Notes under the pieces: generated by a model | Told to the model about the DNA's origin: nothing | Seen by the model: the letters and a program-made list of their open reading frames with translations, nothing else | Database searches by the model: none | Shown here: piece after piece, positions 31,056 to 41,702 of the stretch | Position numbering within the stretch: position 1 is the stretch's first letter | How the letters are laid out: each line of letters begins with the position of its first letter | Made by a program: the position numbers and the translations under genes | Assembly: GCA_000092065.1 (NCBI GenBank) | Contig: CP000587.1 | Origin: Ostreococcus lucimarinus | Lineage: Eukaryota | Direction: 5' to 3' (one strand) | DNA length: 64,000 bases

Positions 31056-31132
31056 CTCGTCGCTCAATCGCTGTAAACTGTTTGATATCGCTAATCGCTA
31101 AAAGTAGGCGCTAATCGCTTTACGTTCGTTTG

Positions 31133-32179
31133 CTAACGGCGCTCGTCGACGTTCGGATCCGGAACCCACAACGCCGTGCCGCCCTCGGAACAACCGCTCG
31201 CGACGAGCATCATGCTCGGCGCCCACTTCACGCACGTGGGTAAACCGGCGTGACGCGAGCGCCAGTGGCCGGTTTGGTACCCGGTGCTGCAGCTCCACAC
31301 GTGAACGCGCGAGTCCGCGCCACCGCTCACGACGTACTCGCCGCAGGGCGAAAAACTCGCCTCCATCGGCGTCACAGCGTGCTGTTGCTGCCCCGACCCC
31401 GGCACGCGAATACGCATCGTGTGCTCTCCGTTGAACGCATCGAAAATCGTGATCCAGCTCCCGTTCACGGCGAGTAAACGCTTGCCGTCCGGAGAGAACT
31501 TCAGGCACGAAATCGCGGGCGGCCGCATTTGCGGGTTGTTGTCTGGGTTCGGGAACAACTCTTTGCCCGCGTTATCGATGTACGTCTCAAACTGCGCGAA
31601 CGCGCCTTGGCTGTAACTATTCGTCCCGTACAGCTTAATCCCGCCGTCACCTTCCGTCACCGCGAACACGTCTCCCTGCGCGTCCGTCGCCACGTACGGA
31701 ATCGCCGGACACTCTGGAATCACCGCGCAGCACTTCGGCGTCCGCAAGTCCCACATTCGCACCGTGAGATCCGCGCTTCCGGTCAAAAAGCAATCGTTCG
31801 TCGAGTTCATCGCGATCGACGTCACCGCATCGGTGTGTCCCTTGAAATATCGCAGGTACGTGTTATCGTGCAGCGAGTGATACCTCACCGCGTGGTCGTC
31901 GATCGCCGCCCCGCCCGCGCCCTTGTTCCTCGACCCGTAAATCACCGCCGCCGCGCTGTGCGTGAAGCACACGTTCGTGCACCCGTACTTTTTACTGTAC
32001 AGCGTGCGCGTCTTCGCGCCGGTGTTGGTGTTGTAGAGATGGATCGCGTCGTCGTCGCCCGTGGTGACGAGGGCATCTTCGGTGTGATGGAAATCGAGCG
32101 CGTTCACCGCGCTCGTGTGGTCGCGGAAGAACCTCCCGGGGGCCATGTGGGACACGGTGGTGACGTCGAGGGCGACCAT
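31133..32179 (-). CDS. WDR82: WD40-repeat protein WDR82/Swd2 homolog
   Basis: FRDHTSAVNALDFHHTEDALVTTGDDDAIHLYNTNTGAKTRTLYSKKYG...RYHSLHDNTYLRYFKGHTDAVTSIAM matches WDR82/Swd2 blocks. Confidence 0.8.
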   Translation of the reverse strand: MVALDVTTVSHMAPGRFFRDHTSAVNALDFHHTEDALVTTGDDDAIHLYNTNTGAKTRTLYSKKYGCTNVCFTHSAAAVIYGSRNKGAGGAAIDDHAVRYHSLHDNTYLRYFKGHTDAVTSIAMNSTNDCFLTGSADLTVRMWDLRTPKCCAVIPECPAIPYVATDAQGDVFAVTEGDGGIKLYGTNSYSQGAFAQFETYIDNAGKELFPNPDNNPQMRPPAISCLKFSPDGKRLLAVNGSWITIFDAFNGEHTMRIRVPGSGQQQHAVTPMEASFSPCGEYVVSGGADSRVHVWSCSTGYQTGHWRSRHAGLPTCVKWAPSMMLVASGCSEGGTALWVPDPNVDERR

Positions 32180-32495
32180 GACGACCGCGCGGGGCGCTTC
32201 GGTCGACGCGCGCGAGTGCGGCGACGCGCGCGACAGAATGGCGTCTCGAGCGAATCTCGAGAATCCTCAGCGCTCGAGCGAGGCGGCGAGGGCGAACGAC
32301 GGCGAGGGCGACGAGGAACGCGCGGTGGGTAGATTTATCAGTGGGCATATACAATGAGCTACCTCAACTAATTATTCGTCGTTTCGAACCTCTCCGCCGG
32401 TCGTCCAAACAAAATTTGTGGAAAAAGTCGTACACTGGAATGGAAGCGCGGCCCGAGCCGCCGCCGTCGCCGAATTCTTTTGGGACCCAAAAGAA

Positions 32496-33376
32496 TCACG
32501 AGGACTTCTTTTTAGACACTCTATAAGCACCCACGACCATGGCATGGTCGCGTTCGTACGGCTCCAAAGTGAGCTGCTCGGCAGGCTTGAAGCCTTCAGT
32601 TTGTAGCTTCTTCACCTCTCGCGCGAACACCGCCTCCGGCGCGGCGGTGGAGTCGATGCACGACGCCTTGATGGAGATCATAAAGTTACCACCTTGCTTC
32701 AAAAAGTATTGCGCGTTCAAACCAACGATGCGAGCTTGATCCGGCTGCGCCACGTCGGCGAAGATAGTGTCAACCATACCGATCAACATGCGGTACTTTT
32801 GCGGGTGACGCGCGTCCTCGATGATCGGAATGACGTTGGTGCGCTTCTTCGCCATGTTGACCAAGTCGCGCCCAGAGCGGTGAGAAAACTCAACGGCGTA
32901 CACCGTGCCTTCGGGCCCGACCAAGTCGGAGCAATGCGACACCGTCGTACCCGAAGCACCGCCGAGATACAAGAGCTTTGAGCCGGGCTTGATGTGAATG
33001 GCGTCCAAACCGCCGAGAATACCCGCCGCAATTTTCGATCTAAACGGGTTCCACACGCGGTACTCCGTCTTCGTACCGTCCGCCTCGTCGACTGAAATAC
33101 GCTTCTCACCGTACACGCTCTCGCCGACGACCATGTTCCGCGTCACGAGCGCATCTTCCTTCCCGCGAGCGACGAAGACGCCCTCGTGACGATGCTTTTC
33201 GACGACCACCTTCGACCCGCCCTTCATACCGCCGCGTCCACCACCGCGTCCGCCACCGCGTCCACCACCGCGTCCACCGCGTCCACCACCGCGTCCGCCA
33301 CCGCGTCCGCCGCCGCGTCCGCCGTCGCGTCCGCCTCGTCCGCCTCGTCCGCCGCCTCGTCCGCCCGGCGAGAACC
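32496..33376 (-). CDS. FIB: Fibrillarin (rRNA 2'-O-methyltransferase), exon 2: GAR domain plus methyltransferase core
   Basis: The RGG-repeat GAR domain is in frame upstream of [31 protein letters not shown], and the canonical fibrillarin core follows. No Met lies between the upstream stop and the GAR domain, so a 5' micro-exon is needed. Confidence 0.9.
33228..33365. repeat. FIB: RGG/GGR codon repeat encoding the fibrillarin GAR domain
   Basis: (gcgtccaccacc)n-like periodicity seen directly. Confidence 0.85.
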
Positions 33377-33655
33377 CTGCAATTCACCCAAAAAACGAAT
33401 TCTCCCCGTCAGTCCCTCGTTCGCGTCCCGTCGCGTCGCCGACGCGCGTGGACGATGGCGTCGATATTTATGTCTTCGATCGCGACCACCTCGCGTCGAC
33501 GCGCGACGTCGCATCGCGCGCGTTCTCGCGTTTTCTCGAATCCGCCGCAATCGATCGTCCCGGCGGCGGTCGTCGATTGGCGCGTAATTCCCGTCGACGC
33601 GACGTCGCGTTCGCGCGCGCGCGCGATCGATGACGCGCGAGTGAAAGTGACGCAC
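33377..33655 (-). other. FIB: Intron (279 nt) of the fibrillarin gene
   Basis: Donor GGAG|GTGCGT. Branch ACTGACGG lies 29 nt upstream of the acceptor ttttttgggtgaattgcag|GG. The intron is in phase 1. Confidence 0.6.
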
Positions 33656-33680
33656 CTCCTCGGCCGCCGCCTCGTCCCAT
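33656..33680 (-). CDS. FIB: Fibrillarin exon 1 (micro-exon, 8 codons + 1 nt: MGRGGGRG-G)
   Basis: The sequence ATGGGACGAGGCGGCGGCCGAGGAG is immediately followed by GTGCGT. Joined with exon 2 it gives [17 protein letters not shown]..., like the MRPGFSPRGG N-termini of other fibrillarins. Confidence 0.6.
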
Positions 33681-33935
33681 GGGTGCGCGCATGGTTACCG
33701 TACGCGCGCGTGTGTGCGGCGCGCGCGGCTCGGCGCCTTTTAGTTGTGCGCGCCGCAGTGTCGAGTCGTGAACCGTCGAGAGTCCCCGAGCGAGGAAACA
33801 AACCACCGAGCGACGCGCGAGGACGCGCCGACGCGCGATGAAGGCGATGAATTAATGCGTATGAATTAATGATGCGCGTCGACCGCGCGCGCGACGGACG
33901 CGCGCGCGCGTCGTCGCCGATCTCGATTGAACTAT

Positions 33936-34427
33936 TTATTGGATGATGGCGACGGCGTCGATCTCCACGAGCGCGCCGAGCGGAAGCGTCTTCGCCGCCA
34001 ACGTCGCGCGCGCGGGGGCGTTTTCGGGGAACCTCGAGCCGTAAATACCGTTCACCGTCTTGAAATCGTCCATGTCGGCGATCATGATGGTGGTCTTGAC
34101 GACGTCGGCGTACGTCGCGCCCGCCGCCGCGAGCACCTCGCCCAAGTTCTTCATCACTTGCTCCGTTTGCTCCTCGATCGTTTCGCCGGCGAACTCCATG
34201 GCGGGCGTCAGGCCGATTTGACCGCTGACGTACACCGTGTTGCCGACCTTGACGGCTTGGTTGTACGGGCCGAGGGCGGCCGGGGACTTATCGGTGGCGA
34301 TGATTTCTTTCGCCGTGGCGCGGACGGAAACGGCGCCGGCGCGTCGCGCGCTGCGCGCGCGGGTGATTTGCGCCACCACGGGGGTGGCGCGGAAGGTCTT
34401 GGATGCGGTGAGGGCGAATGCGGACAT
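33936..34427 (-). CDS. RIDA: RidA/YjgF/L-PSP family reactive-intermediate deaminase, chloroplast-targeted
   Basis: SPAALGPYNQAVKVGNTVYVSGQIGL...RATLAAKTLPLGALVEIDAVA is the classic YjgF fold. It is preceded by the transit-peptide-like MSAFALTASKTFRATPVVAQITRARSARRAGAVSVRATA. Confidence 0.8.
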   Translation of the reverse strand: MSAFALTASKTFRATPVVAQITRARSARRAGAVSVRATAKEIIATDKSPAALGPYNQAVKVGNTVYVSGQIGLTPAMEFAGETIEEQTEQVMKNLGEVLAAAGATYADVVKTTIMIADMDDFKTVNGIYGSRFPENAPARATLAAKTLPLGALVEIDAVAIIQ

Positions 34428-34603
34428 CGTGTGCGTGAGCGTGCGTGCGGGTGTGCGGGGGAAGCGCTCGCGCTGGGGGCCTCGGCGCCGACGCGCCTCG
34501 GCGTCGACGACGCGCTTCAAAGCCGCACTACAATCGCGAAAACAGTCACAATAGACATTACATCCGGCGCATCGCGCGCTGATGTGATATTATTTCAGCT
34601 CGA

Positions 34604-36322
34604 TCACGCGGTCGCCGCGCCGGCGCCGCGCTCCTCTTTTATGAGATCGTTGAACACCTTGCGGAGCCAAATCGTCTTCAGGCAACTCTTTATGACTTGC
34701 GTGAAGACGATGGTGAACCAGACGCCGGAAACGCCGTATATCGGCGCCAGCGCGGCGGCGATCGGAAGACGGCTAAAGTTGAGCAGGATGGCGATGACGA
34801 GCACGGGATACGTGACGCCGGTGCCCGTGAACGCACCCTCGGCGGCGCACTCGAGCGCCATGAAAGAGACAATCGGGAAGTTCCAGTACATGTACTGCAC
34901 GGCGTGCGCGGCGACGGCGGGATTCTGGGTCAAGAGCCCGACGAATTGCGGCGCAAAAGCGATGAATACGACACCGAAAGGTATCAAAGCCGCGGATGCG
35001 ATGCGAATCGCGCTCCAACCCGCGTCTCTCGCGCGCGTAGCGTTGCGGGCGCCGACCCACTGGCCGACGATGGTGGACGTGCCGATGCGGAACGCCTCCG
35101 TGACGGTGTAGGGGATGTTTTCAAACTGCTGTCCGAGTCCCATCGCGGTGAGCGACATCGGGTCCAGGGAGGTCAGAATTCGACCGAGACCGACGTACAC
35201 CAAGGCGAACACGATGCCCGCGACCGCGATGGGCGCGCCGATGGCGACTATGTCCTTGAGCATTTTCACGTCTGGCCGCGTTATGGGAATCTTCACCTTG
35301 AAGTCTTTGATGAGCATGCGATAAAACATAACCGCACCGATGCAATTTGACAGGCTCGTCCCCACCGCGGCGCCCGCGACGCCGAGCTGCGGAAAAGGAC
35401 CCATGCCGTAAATCAACAACGGATCCAAAACCATGTTGCACAGGACCATGAACGCCGTCACCCACAGCGCGGGTTTCATCGACCCAAACCCGCGCAACGT
35501 AGCTTCTAATATATTACTGAAGCACAGTCCCACCGAACCTATGAGCGACGCCCGCAAGTGCGACTGCCCGATCGCGAACGTCCCCCCGCTCTGGATCCCC
35601 AGCGTCGACGTGTACACCGCCGTAAACGGCAACAAGCACGCCAAGAACGCGTACGTCAGCACCGCCCCGTACAGCCCATCTCGAAGCACCGGTCCCACGT
35701 CATCGTATTTCTCCGCGCCAACCTTCATCGACACCCTGTTCTGCACCCCGCACGCCACCACGCTGCACAGCAGATACAGCATCCACCCCGCGAACGCGTT
35801 CGAGCACAGCGCGTTCAGCTCCACGATCCCGAGTTTCCCCACCCAAAACGTGTCCGTGAGCGGAAAAAACGACCGCATGAGCCCTATGACCGTGGTCGGC
35901 CATCCGACGTACCACACCGCGGCGGGCGTCGACATGCGCAGCAGCGACGGCGGCGCCTTCGACGCCTCCGGCTCGACGCGCGCGTCGTCCTCCGCCTCCG
36001 ACGCCGTCGACCGCGCGCGAAGCCGCGTCCCGCGCGCGTCGCGCGTCGATTGACCCTCCGCCGTCGCCGCGCGCGCGCCCGCATCGCGCGCGACGCGCGC
36101 GCGCGTCCAAGGCGCGCGTCGTCGCTTAACGGCCGTTCGCGCGTTCGCGCGTCTTCGCGTCGCGTCCGTCGCGCGCGCGCGCGTCGGCGCCGCCGTCGCG
36201 CGCGCGTCGACGCGCGCCAGCATGTTGGCTCGCGCGACCGCGCGCGAGCGCGCGCGACGTCGCGCGGCGACGTCTGCGGCGCCGCGCGTCGACGCGCGGT
36301 CGCACGCGCGCGCGCGCGACAA
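34604..36322 (-). CDS. MATE (multidrug and toxic compound extrusion) family transporter
   Basis: Twelve predicted hydrophobic helices and the MATE topology. The N-terminal extension is Arg/Ala-rich. The start may be the internal Met at 36223. Confidence 0.75.
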   Translation of the reverse strand: MSRARACDRASTRGAADVAARRRARSRAVARANMLARVDARATAAPTRARATDATRRRANARTAVKRRRAPWTRARVARDAGARAATAEGQSTRDARGTRLRARSTASEAEDDARVEPEASKAPPSLLRMSTPAAVWYVGWPTTVIGLMRSFFPLTDTFWVGKLGIVELNALCSNAFAGWMLYLLCSVVACGVQNRVSMKVGAEKYDDVGPVLRDGLYGAVLTYAFLACLLPFTAVYTSTLGIQSGGTFAIGQSHLRASLIGSVGLCFSNILEATLRGFGSMKPALWVTAFMVLCNMVLDPLLIYGMGPFPQLGVAGAAVGTSLSNCIGAVMFYRMLIKDFKVKIPITRPDVKMLKDIVAIGAPIAVAGIVFALVYVGLGRILTSLDPMSLTAMGLGQQFENIPYTVTEAFRIGTSTIVGQWVGARNATRARDAGWSAIRIASAALIPFGVVFIAFAPQFVGLLTQNPAVAAHAVQYMYWNFPIVSFMALECAAEGAFTGTGVTYPVLVIAILLNFSRLPIAAALAPIYGVSGVWFTIVFTQVIKSCLKTIWLRKVFNDLIKEERGAGAATA

Positions 36323-36330
36323 TCGCGCGC

Positions 36331-37545
36331 ATGTTCGCGTGCTGCCGCGCGAACGGCGCGATCGACGGCGCGGGCGACGGCGCGAACGCGCGTGCGGCGC
36401 GGAGCGCGATCGCGCGCGCGCGCGCGCGGTCGAACGGGACGCTCGAAGCGCCGGAAGATCGCGCGCGGCATCGACGCGAGCCGAGCGCGACGACGACGAC
36501 GACGACGACGCGCGACGACGAGGACGACGAGGACGACGACGACGACGACGACGCGAGCGTCGATGAGTACGGGTTCGCGATCGATCGCGACGTCGCGCGC
36601 GCGGCGAGCGGGTCGAGCGCGAGCGCGATGGATGAAAAGTTTTGGACGCGCGCGCGCGACGCGCCGGGGACGCTGGCGACGTGCGCGCTCGATCGCGACT
36701 CTGCGCTGAAACGAGCGGTGAGGAAGGGCGTGCCGAGCGATCTGCGATGCGAGGCGTGGTTCGCGTGCAGCGGCGCGCGCGAGCTGAAAAAGATGGGACC
36801 GATGGATTCGTATTACGAAAAATTGTTGGTGATGAAGGTGGATCAAAAAGTCGTCGACCAAATCGAGTTGGACTTGGCGAGGACGTTTCCGGCGAACGAA
36901 AAGTATGAGCGGGGCGAGGGGGGACAGCGAGGGAACGATGTGTTGCGAAGGATGCTGTACGCGTACGCGAGACATAATCGAAAGACGGGGTATTGTCAGG
37001 GAATGAATTATATCGCGGCGTTTTTATGGCTCGTCATGGGCGACGAGGAAAAGGCGTTTTGGACGTTTACCGCTTTGCTCGACGTCGTGCTTCCGAGCGA
37101 TGTGCACGCGAGGGACATCAAGGGGACGATTTCGCAGTACAAGATTTTGCATAAACTACTGCAATCAAACGTCCCAAAGGTGGCGAGGCATCTGAAAGAG
37201 CTCGACGTCGACCTCGTCATGATCGCGAGCAAGTGGTTGTTGTGTCTCTTCGTCGAATCGTTTCCGGCGACGACGGCGGCGCGCGTCCTCGACTGCCTCA
37301 CGTACGAGGGCGAAAAGGTGTGGTTCAGAGTCGCGATCGCGATGATGAAAATGTACGAGCGCGACATATTGGAGTGCGATTCGTTACCAGACGTGATGCT
37401 GTGCCTGAAGCACGCGTTTGCCAACCAAACCGACGCCGACGAATTATTAAAATTCACCTTCGAGCGCGTGTCGCTGTCCAACAAAACCATCGCCGCTCAT
37501 CGCGAGATCGTGGCGGCGGAGATGGAGGAGGAACGGAACAACTAA
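36331..37545 (+). CDS. TBC-domain Rab GTPase-activating protein
   Basis: Arginine-finger block IELDLARTF (IxxDxxR) and glutamine-finger block YCQGMNYIAAF (YxQ). There is an acidic N-terminal region with poly-Thr/poly-Asp. Confidence 0.8.
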   Translation: MFACCRANGAIDGAGDGANARAARSAIARARARSNGTLEAPEDRARHRREPSATTTTTTTRDDEDDEDDDDDDDASVDEYGFAIDRDVARAASGSSASAMDEKFWTRARDAPGTLATCALDRDSALKRAVRKGVPSDLRCEAWFACSGARELKKMGPMDSYYEKLLVMKVDQKVVDQIELDLARTFPANEKYERGEGGQRGNDVLRRMLYAYARHNRKTGYCQGMNYIAAFLWLVMGDEEKAFWTFTALLDVVLPSDVHARDIKGTISQYKILHKLLQSNVPKVARHLKELDVDLVMIASKWLLCLFVESFPATTAARVLDCLTYEGEKVWFRVAIAMMKMYERDILECDSLPDVMLCLKHAFANQTDADELLKFTFERVSLSNKTIAAHREIVAAEMEEERNN

Positions 37546-37675
37546 CGTCGGTGACGACACCGGCGCGCGCGAATCGCTCTATTCACGGCGCGTCGTGACT
37601 GCGTCGATCTTATTAACGTAATATCTACCGGTACTTCAGAAAGCAACCGCCGCGTCGCCGCACACGCCGACGTCC

Positions 37676-40600
37676 ATGTCCGCCGCGCGCGATGGCGACG
37701 CCGCCGCCATCGCCGCGGCGCACGACCGTCTCGCGCGTCATCGCGCTTTGCTCGCGAATCCCGAGCGAGTGATCGCCCCGGGCGCGTTCTGGGACGTCGT
37801 CGCCCTGACGTCCTCGAGCGCGTCCCAAACTCGCGCGTTTCGCGCGCGTTTAGACCACCTCCACGCCCGCGGCGCGCTGCCGGGCGCGCGCGAGCGATAC
37901 GTCGTGATCACCGATCCTCCCGGCGCGCGCATCGGCTCCGGGGGGGCGACGATCGCGGTGGCGAGGGAGTTGAAGTCGTGGTTCGGGGACGCGTGGCGGG
38001 ACAAACGCGTCTTCGCGCTGCACACGGGTGGATACAGCGAACGCGCGCCGCAACACGGGACGCTCGGGAAAGCGTTTGCGGAGGTGCCGATGGATTGTCG
38101 AGGGTGCGGGACGCCGGGGACGATTTTGGAGGCGCAGTTGGTGCAGTTGACGCCGCTGGCGGCGACGCTGCCGCCGGGCGTCTTCGTGTCGTGCGCCGAC
38201 GTCGCGTTGGAGTACGGCGACGTCGAAAAGAGCTTAGACGAGGAAACGCGATCGGCGATGAAGCGTGGCATCACGGCACTCGCACATCCGAGCTCTGTGG
38301 CGATCGGGGAGCAGCACGGAGTGTTCGCGTGCGATGAGGCGGAGGTCAAGGAGCGCGTGCGAGCGATGCGAGCCGGGAGAAAGTTGGCGCCGTTGGATTG
38401 CAGGCGGTGCTTACAGAAGCCCACAGAACAGGAAATGCGCGGCGCCGGGTGTGTGATGCGTGGATACGAAACCGAAGTCGATGACTGGGTGCTGACGGAC
38501 AGTTGCTTTCACATCGGCGTCGAGGCTGTGGAGGCGCTCGTCGAACTCGACGAGCGACGTCGCGACGTTTTGGCGGGGTGCGAAATTTGTGCTTATGGAG
38601 ATTTCATGCAACCACTCGGGAGCGATGCGGATACGTCATACCTGGACCGCATCGATCATCTCGCGAGCGTGACTTCTTCTACACACGCGGAAAGCGAGAC
38701 GAGATTGCGCGATGCGCGCCGCGCCGTTGCAGACGCTTTGCGAGGCCGTCCGCTCATCGTCATTCCGTTGTTTCCGAGTCGATTCATTCACCTTGGCACT
38801 ATTCCAGAGTTTTTGTATCACACGACAAAAGACGTACAGTGCCTGAAGTCGCTTCCAGCGCCAGGGATACCGGTTCACATGGCGTCTTACGTCGCAGACG
38901 ATTTTCATCAACCCGCCGACTCCGTCGTCATGTCGAGTCGCATCGGAAGAGCGTCTTCGGTAGGATCTGGGTCGTGTTTGGTGAACTGTGATATCGGCCG
39001 TGACGTCGTTATCGGCGCAAACTGCGCGATGTACGACGTTCGTCTTGAGGACGGAACGAAAGTGGAAAATGGAACATTCATGTGCACACTTCCCATAACG
39101 CGCGAGCGTTTCTCGAAACGTCACCGCGAATCGGGCGACGATGAAATCGATGACTTTTCGTCATCAATGTCTGACTGTACGTCTGCCGACGACGCCGTCG
39201 AGTTCGTGACCATTGTCATGGCCACCGACGACGAGGTAAAATCACGCACTTCGAGCACACTGTGCGGTGTTCCAGTGCGTGACGCGATTGATCGACTTGA
39301 ATTGGATAGCGGTAGCGTCTGGATGGAAGGCGAGTCGTCCACGACGACGCTCGGTCGTTTTTATAGCGTCCATCAATCTGCCGAGGAATCGTCGCGCGCC
39401 GCGCTGCGAATGGCGCACGTCGTGCGAAGCTCAGAGAATGCCGCTGAGTACGGGCGCTTCGAACGCGACCATCAGCAACAAGTGAGCATTAGCGAAGTGC
39501 TTCGGAGATATGCGAACCATGGCGCTCTCGAAACACACAGACATTCCTTACTGCGTATGGTTTTAAGCTCGACGTTGCGTCGAATGCTAGAAACTGGCCT
39601 GCCAGCGAGCGAATGGAGGCATAGAGCGTTCAACTTAACGTCGCTCGAAAACGAACTCAAAATGGAACGAGGAACAGTCCCCTTCGAAGCAAAAACAATG
39701 CACCTTATTTCGGAGCTACTGGGCGAGACAGAGGCTGAGCGTTTGGATGTCCGCTCGCTTCGACATCGTTTGGACTGTAGCCGAGTGGCGCTCTCTTTAG
39801 CCCTACCGGGCGCGCTCGATGACGCGCGCGCAAATCTTGCGCGCATCCTCACCGAATCATCCACCGTATCGGCGTGCGGTATGCTTGCGAGATCGAATAT
39901 GCCCGTGTGTAGCGTGCGCGTGGCGTATCCAGCGAGATTCAATCTCGCCGGTGGATGGACGGATACCCCGCCGTACTCGCTGGAGCGCCCAGGCGCTGTG
40001 TTGCACGTACCAGGGCTCGTGAATGGCACCAAGCCCATCGTTGCGAAGTTGACCCGCATCGACGACCCCGTCGTACGTCTCGTGATGCGAGACGATGTAT
40101 CGGGCGAAGAAATACGCGAAGACGTTCTTCATTATGGTGATCTCCTGCCGAACCGATATTCCGACCCGATGACGCCGTTTGCTCTCCACAAAGCCGTCCT
40201 CGTGCAGTTTTGGTTCAGGGAAATTATTGAAATTTCGTTGGAATTCGGTTGCAATTTCATCGAACCTGCGTTGCATGGAAAACGGTTGATTGCGATCGAC
40301 AAGCCTGGCGTAGAGATACGAACGGAAGTAAATCTCCCAAAAGGCTCTGGTCTCGGCACGAGTAGTATCCTCGCCTTAGCGATGCTGCACGCGATGTACG
40401 ACTTCACATACGGTACGCGCTTGAGGCCTCGGTTTGAAGAAGAAGATCGAATCGAACTTACTGCGGATGTACAGTGGACCGATGAAAATGGGAAAGTGCT
40501 CGATGTCGAAGATGACCATCGCGCGTCGCCAAAGGAAGCTCTCAAGCTGTCTGACATCGTGAACTGTGTGCTCGTGGTTGAGCAGATGATCACGACGGGT

Positions 40601-41242
40601 GGTGGGTGGCAAGACCAAGTCGGTGGCGCGTTGAATGGTCTTCGCCTAAGTCTTTCGAAACCTAGTGATCGCAGTTTCTCCCCTGATTATGACTACTTCC
40701 CCAAGTACACCTACCGTCTGTGTGAGATGGACGCGCCCTGCGCGCGTCTCTTGAACTCGCGCTTTGCGTGCGTGTTCACCGGGACGTGTCGATTGGCGAA
40801 GACCGTCTGTGATTCTGTCGTCACAACGTGGCAAAGACGTGATATTGGCGTTGAGCGTGCTTTACAACAGTGTGCTGACTTGGCAACGCAAATGTTTGAG
40901 GTATTCCAGGCGATCTCCAAGTCTTCGCGCGAAAGCGCCGCGACGCCAAACGTATCAGATTGTCGGGAAGAATACCTGATCTCGCGTCTCGGTGCGCTCC
41001 TCGAAGAACACAAACGCGTGCAACAATCGCTGTGGTCATCAATTGAAAGTCCCACTATACGTGCCATTTACGACGCGCTCGAGCCTCTGAGTTACGGCTC
41101 TTTCATTTGCGGCGCCGGGTCAGGCGGACACGTGATCGCATTTCTGAAACCATCGGCCACGCGCGAGCGCGTCCACGATGCCGTGCGCGCATGTACCGGC
41201 GCCCCCGACGCGCGCGTTGTGGATGTAGAATTAATTCTGTAA
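37676..41242 (+). CDS. FKGP: Bifunctional L-fucokinase / GDP-L-fucose pyrophosphorylase (FKGP-like)
   Basis: N-terminal fucose-1-P guanylyltransferase/fucokinase-type region (GGYSERAP). C-terminal GHMP-kinase motif PKGSGLGTSSILALAM. 1188 aa. Confidence 0.8.
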   Translation: MSAARDGDAAAIAAAHDRLARHRALLANPERVIAPGAFWDVVALTSSSASQTRAFRARLDHLHARGALPGARERYVVITDPPGARIGSGGATIAVARELKSWFGDAWRDKRVFALHTGGYSERAPQHGTLGKAFAEVPMDCRGCGTPGTILEAQLVQLTPLAATLPPGVFVSCADVALEYGDVEKSLDEETRSAMKRGITALAHPSSVAIGEQHGVFACDEAEVKERVRAMRAGRKLAPLDCRRCLQKPTEQEMRGAGCVMRGYETEVDDWVLTDSCFHIGVEAVEALVELDERRRDVLAGCEICAYGDFMQPLGSDADTSYLDRIDHLASVTSSTHAESETRLRDARRAVADALRGRPLIVIPLFPSRFIHLGTIPEFLYHTTKDVQCLKSLPAPGIPVHMASYVADDFHQPADSVVMSSRIGRASSVGSGSCLVNCDIGRDVVIGANCAMYDVRLEDGTKVENGTFMCTLPITRERFSKRHRESGDDEIDDFSSSMSDCTSADDAVEFVTIVMATDDEVKSRTSSTLCGVPVRDAIDRLELDSGSVWMEGESSTTTLGRFYSVHQSAEESSRAALRMAHVVRSSENAAEYGRFERDHQQQVSISEVLRRYANHGALETHRHSLLRMVLSSTLRRMLETGLPASEWRHRAFNLTSLENELKMERGTVPFEAKTMHLISELLGETEAERLDVRSLRHRLDCSRVALSLALPGALDDARANLARILTESSTVSACGMLARSNMPVCSVRVAYPARFNLAGGWTDTPPYSLERPGAVLHVPGLVNGTKPIVAKLTRIDDPVVRLVMRDDVSGEEIREDVLHYGDLLPNRYSDPMTPFALHKAVLVQFWFREIIEISLEFGCNFIEPALHGKRLIAIDKPGVEIRTEVNLPKGSGLGTSSILALAMLHAMYDFTYGTRLRPRFEEEDRIELTADVQWTDENGKVLDVEDDHRASPKEALKLSDIVNCVLVVEQMITTGGGWQDQVGGALNGLRLSLSKPSDRSFSPDYDYFPKYTYRLCEMDAPCARLLNSRFACVFTGTCRLAKTVCDSVVTTWQRRDIGVERALQQCADLATQMFEVFQAISKSSRESAATPNVSDCREEYLISRLGALLEEHKRVQQSLWSSIESPTIRAIYDALEPLSYGSFICGAGSGGHVIAFLKPSATRERVHDAVRACTGAPDARVVDVELIL

Positions 41243-41351
41243 GTTGTGTATTGATAGATTGCACCGTTGCGAATCCTTCACACCCCCTCCGCGCCGACGC
41301 AAGTCGACACAATCTCGACCTCGGTGCGAGTCACACAGCGCGCGCACCTCA

Positions 41352-41702
41352 ATGTCCGACCCGCATAAAGCCGTAACTTTTGCCGTGTGGACCCTCGCCC
41401 TGGCAATGACTCACATCTTTTTCCAGCGCAGGCACGCACCCGACAAAGATAAGACTCGTCCGCGCACGCGAACGCAAACCGCAAAGCTTGAGGAGGAGGA
41501 GAGTCGCGCTCGGGACGCGCAGATGCAACAGGTGCTAGACAGCTGGACGTGCCAGCACTGTCAACACGAGAACCGGAGCCTGCGGAGCACGCGCGCGCGA
41601 CGAAGCACTTTGGAATGTTCGAACTGTCGGAACGATTTCATCTTTTGCGTCTCGCCGCGCAAGAGCGCGCACAAGGCTCTGTTGGATGAACGCCCGGTGC
41701 AG
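41352..41702 (+). CDS. Zinc-ribbon + PARP-like ADP-ribosyltransferase protein, exon 1 (hydrophobic segment and W-x-C-x2-C...C-x2-C zinc ribbon)
   Basis: ATG at 41352. The peptide contains WTCQHCQHEN...ECSNC. The exon ends at CAG|GTGCGC in phase 0. Confidence 0.5.

Noticed and set aside
29739-31067. 442-aa minus ORF spanning the 29634-30515 spacer, plus small + ORFs (for example 30034-30444 ending ...VSNALFELTALAGLDVRREVHDAVLELSRARV...)
   Set aside because: The sequence is mostly R/S/A low-complexity and overlaps the real + strand gene at 30516-31055. A small genuine gene in the 880-bp spacer cannot be excluded, but nothing conserved is recognisable.
36213-36230. Near-palindromic GCCAGCATGTTGGC around the back-to-back ATGs of the MATE and TBC genes
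   Set aside because: It is an imperfect palindrome with 2 mismatches in 14. The two 'MLAR...' peptides it generates are most likely coincidental, so I did not report it as a regulatory site.
35558-36975. 383-aa + ORF and 363-aa - ORF of extreme Arg content
   Set aside because: They lie antisense to the MATE transporter and TBC genes and are pure (CGC/GCG)n translation with no domain.
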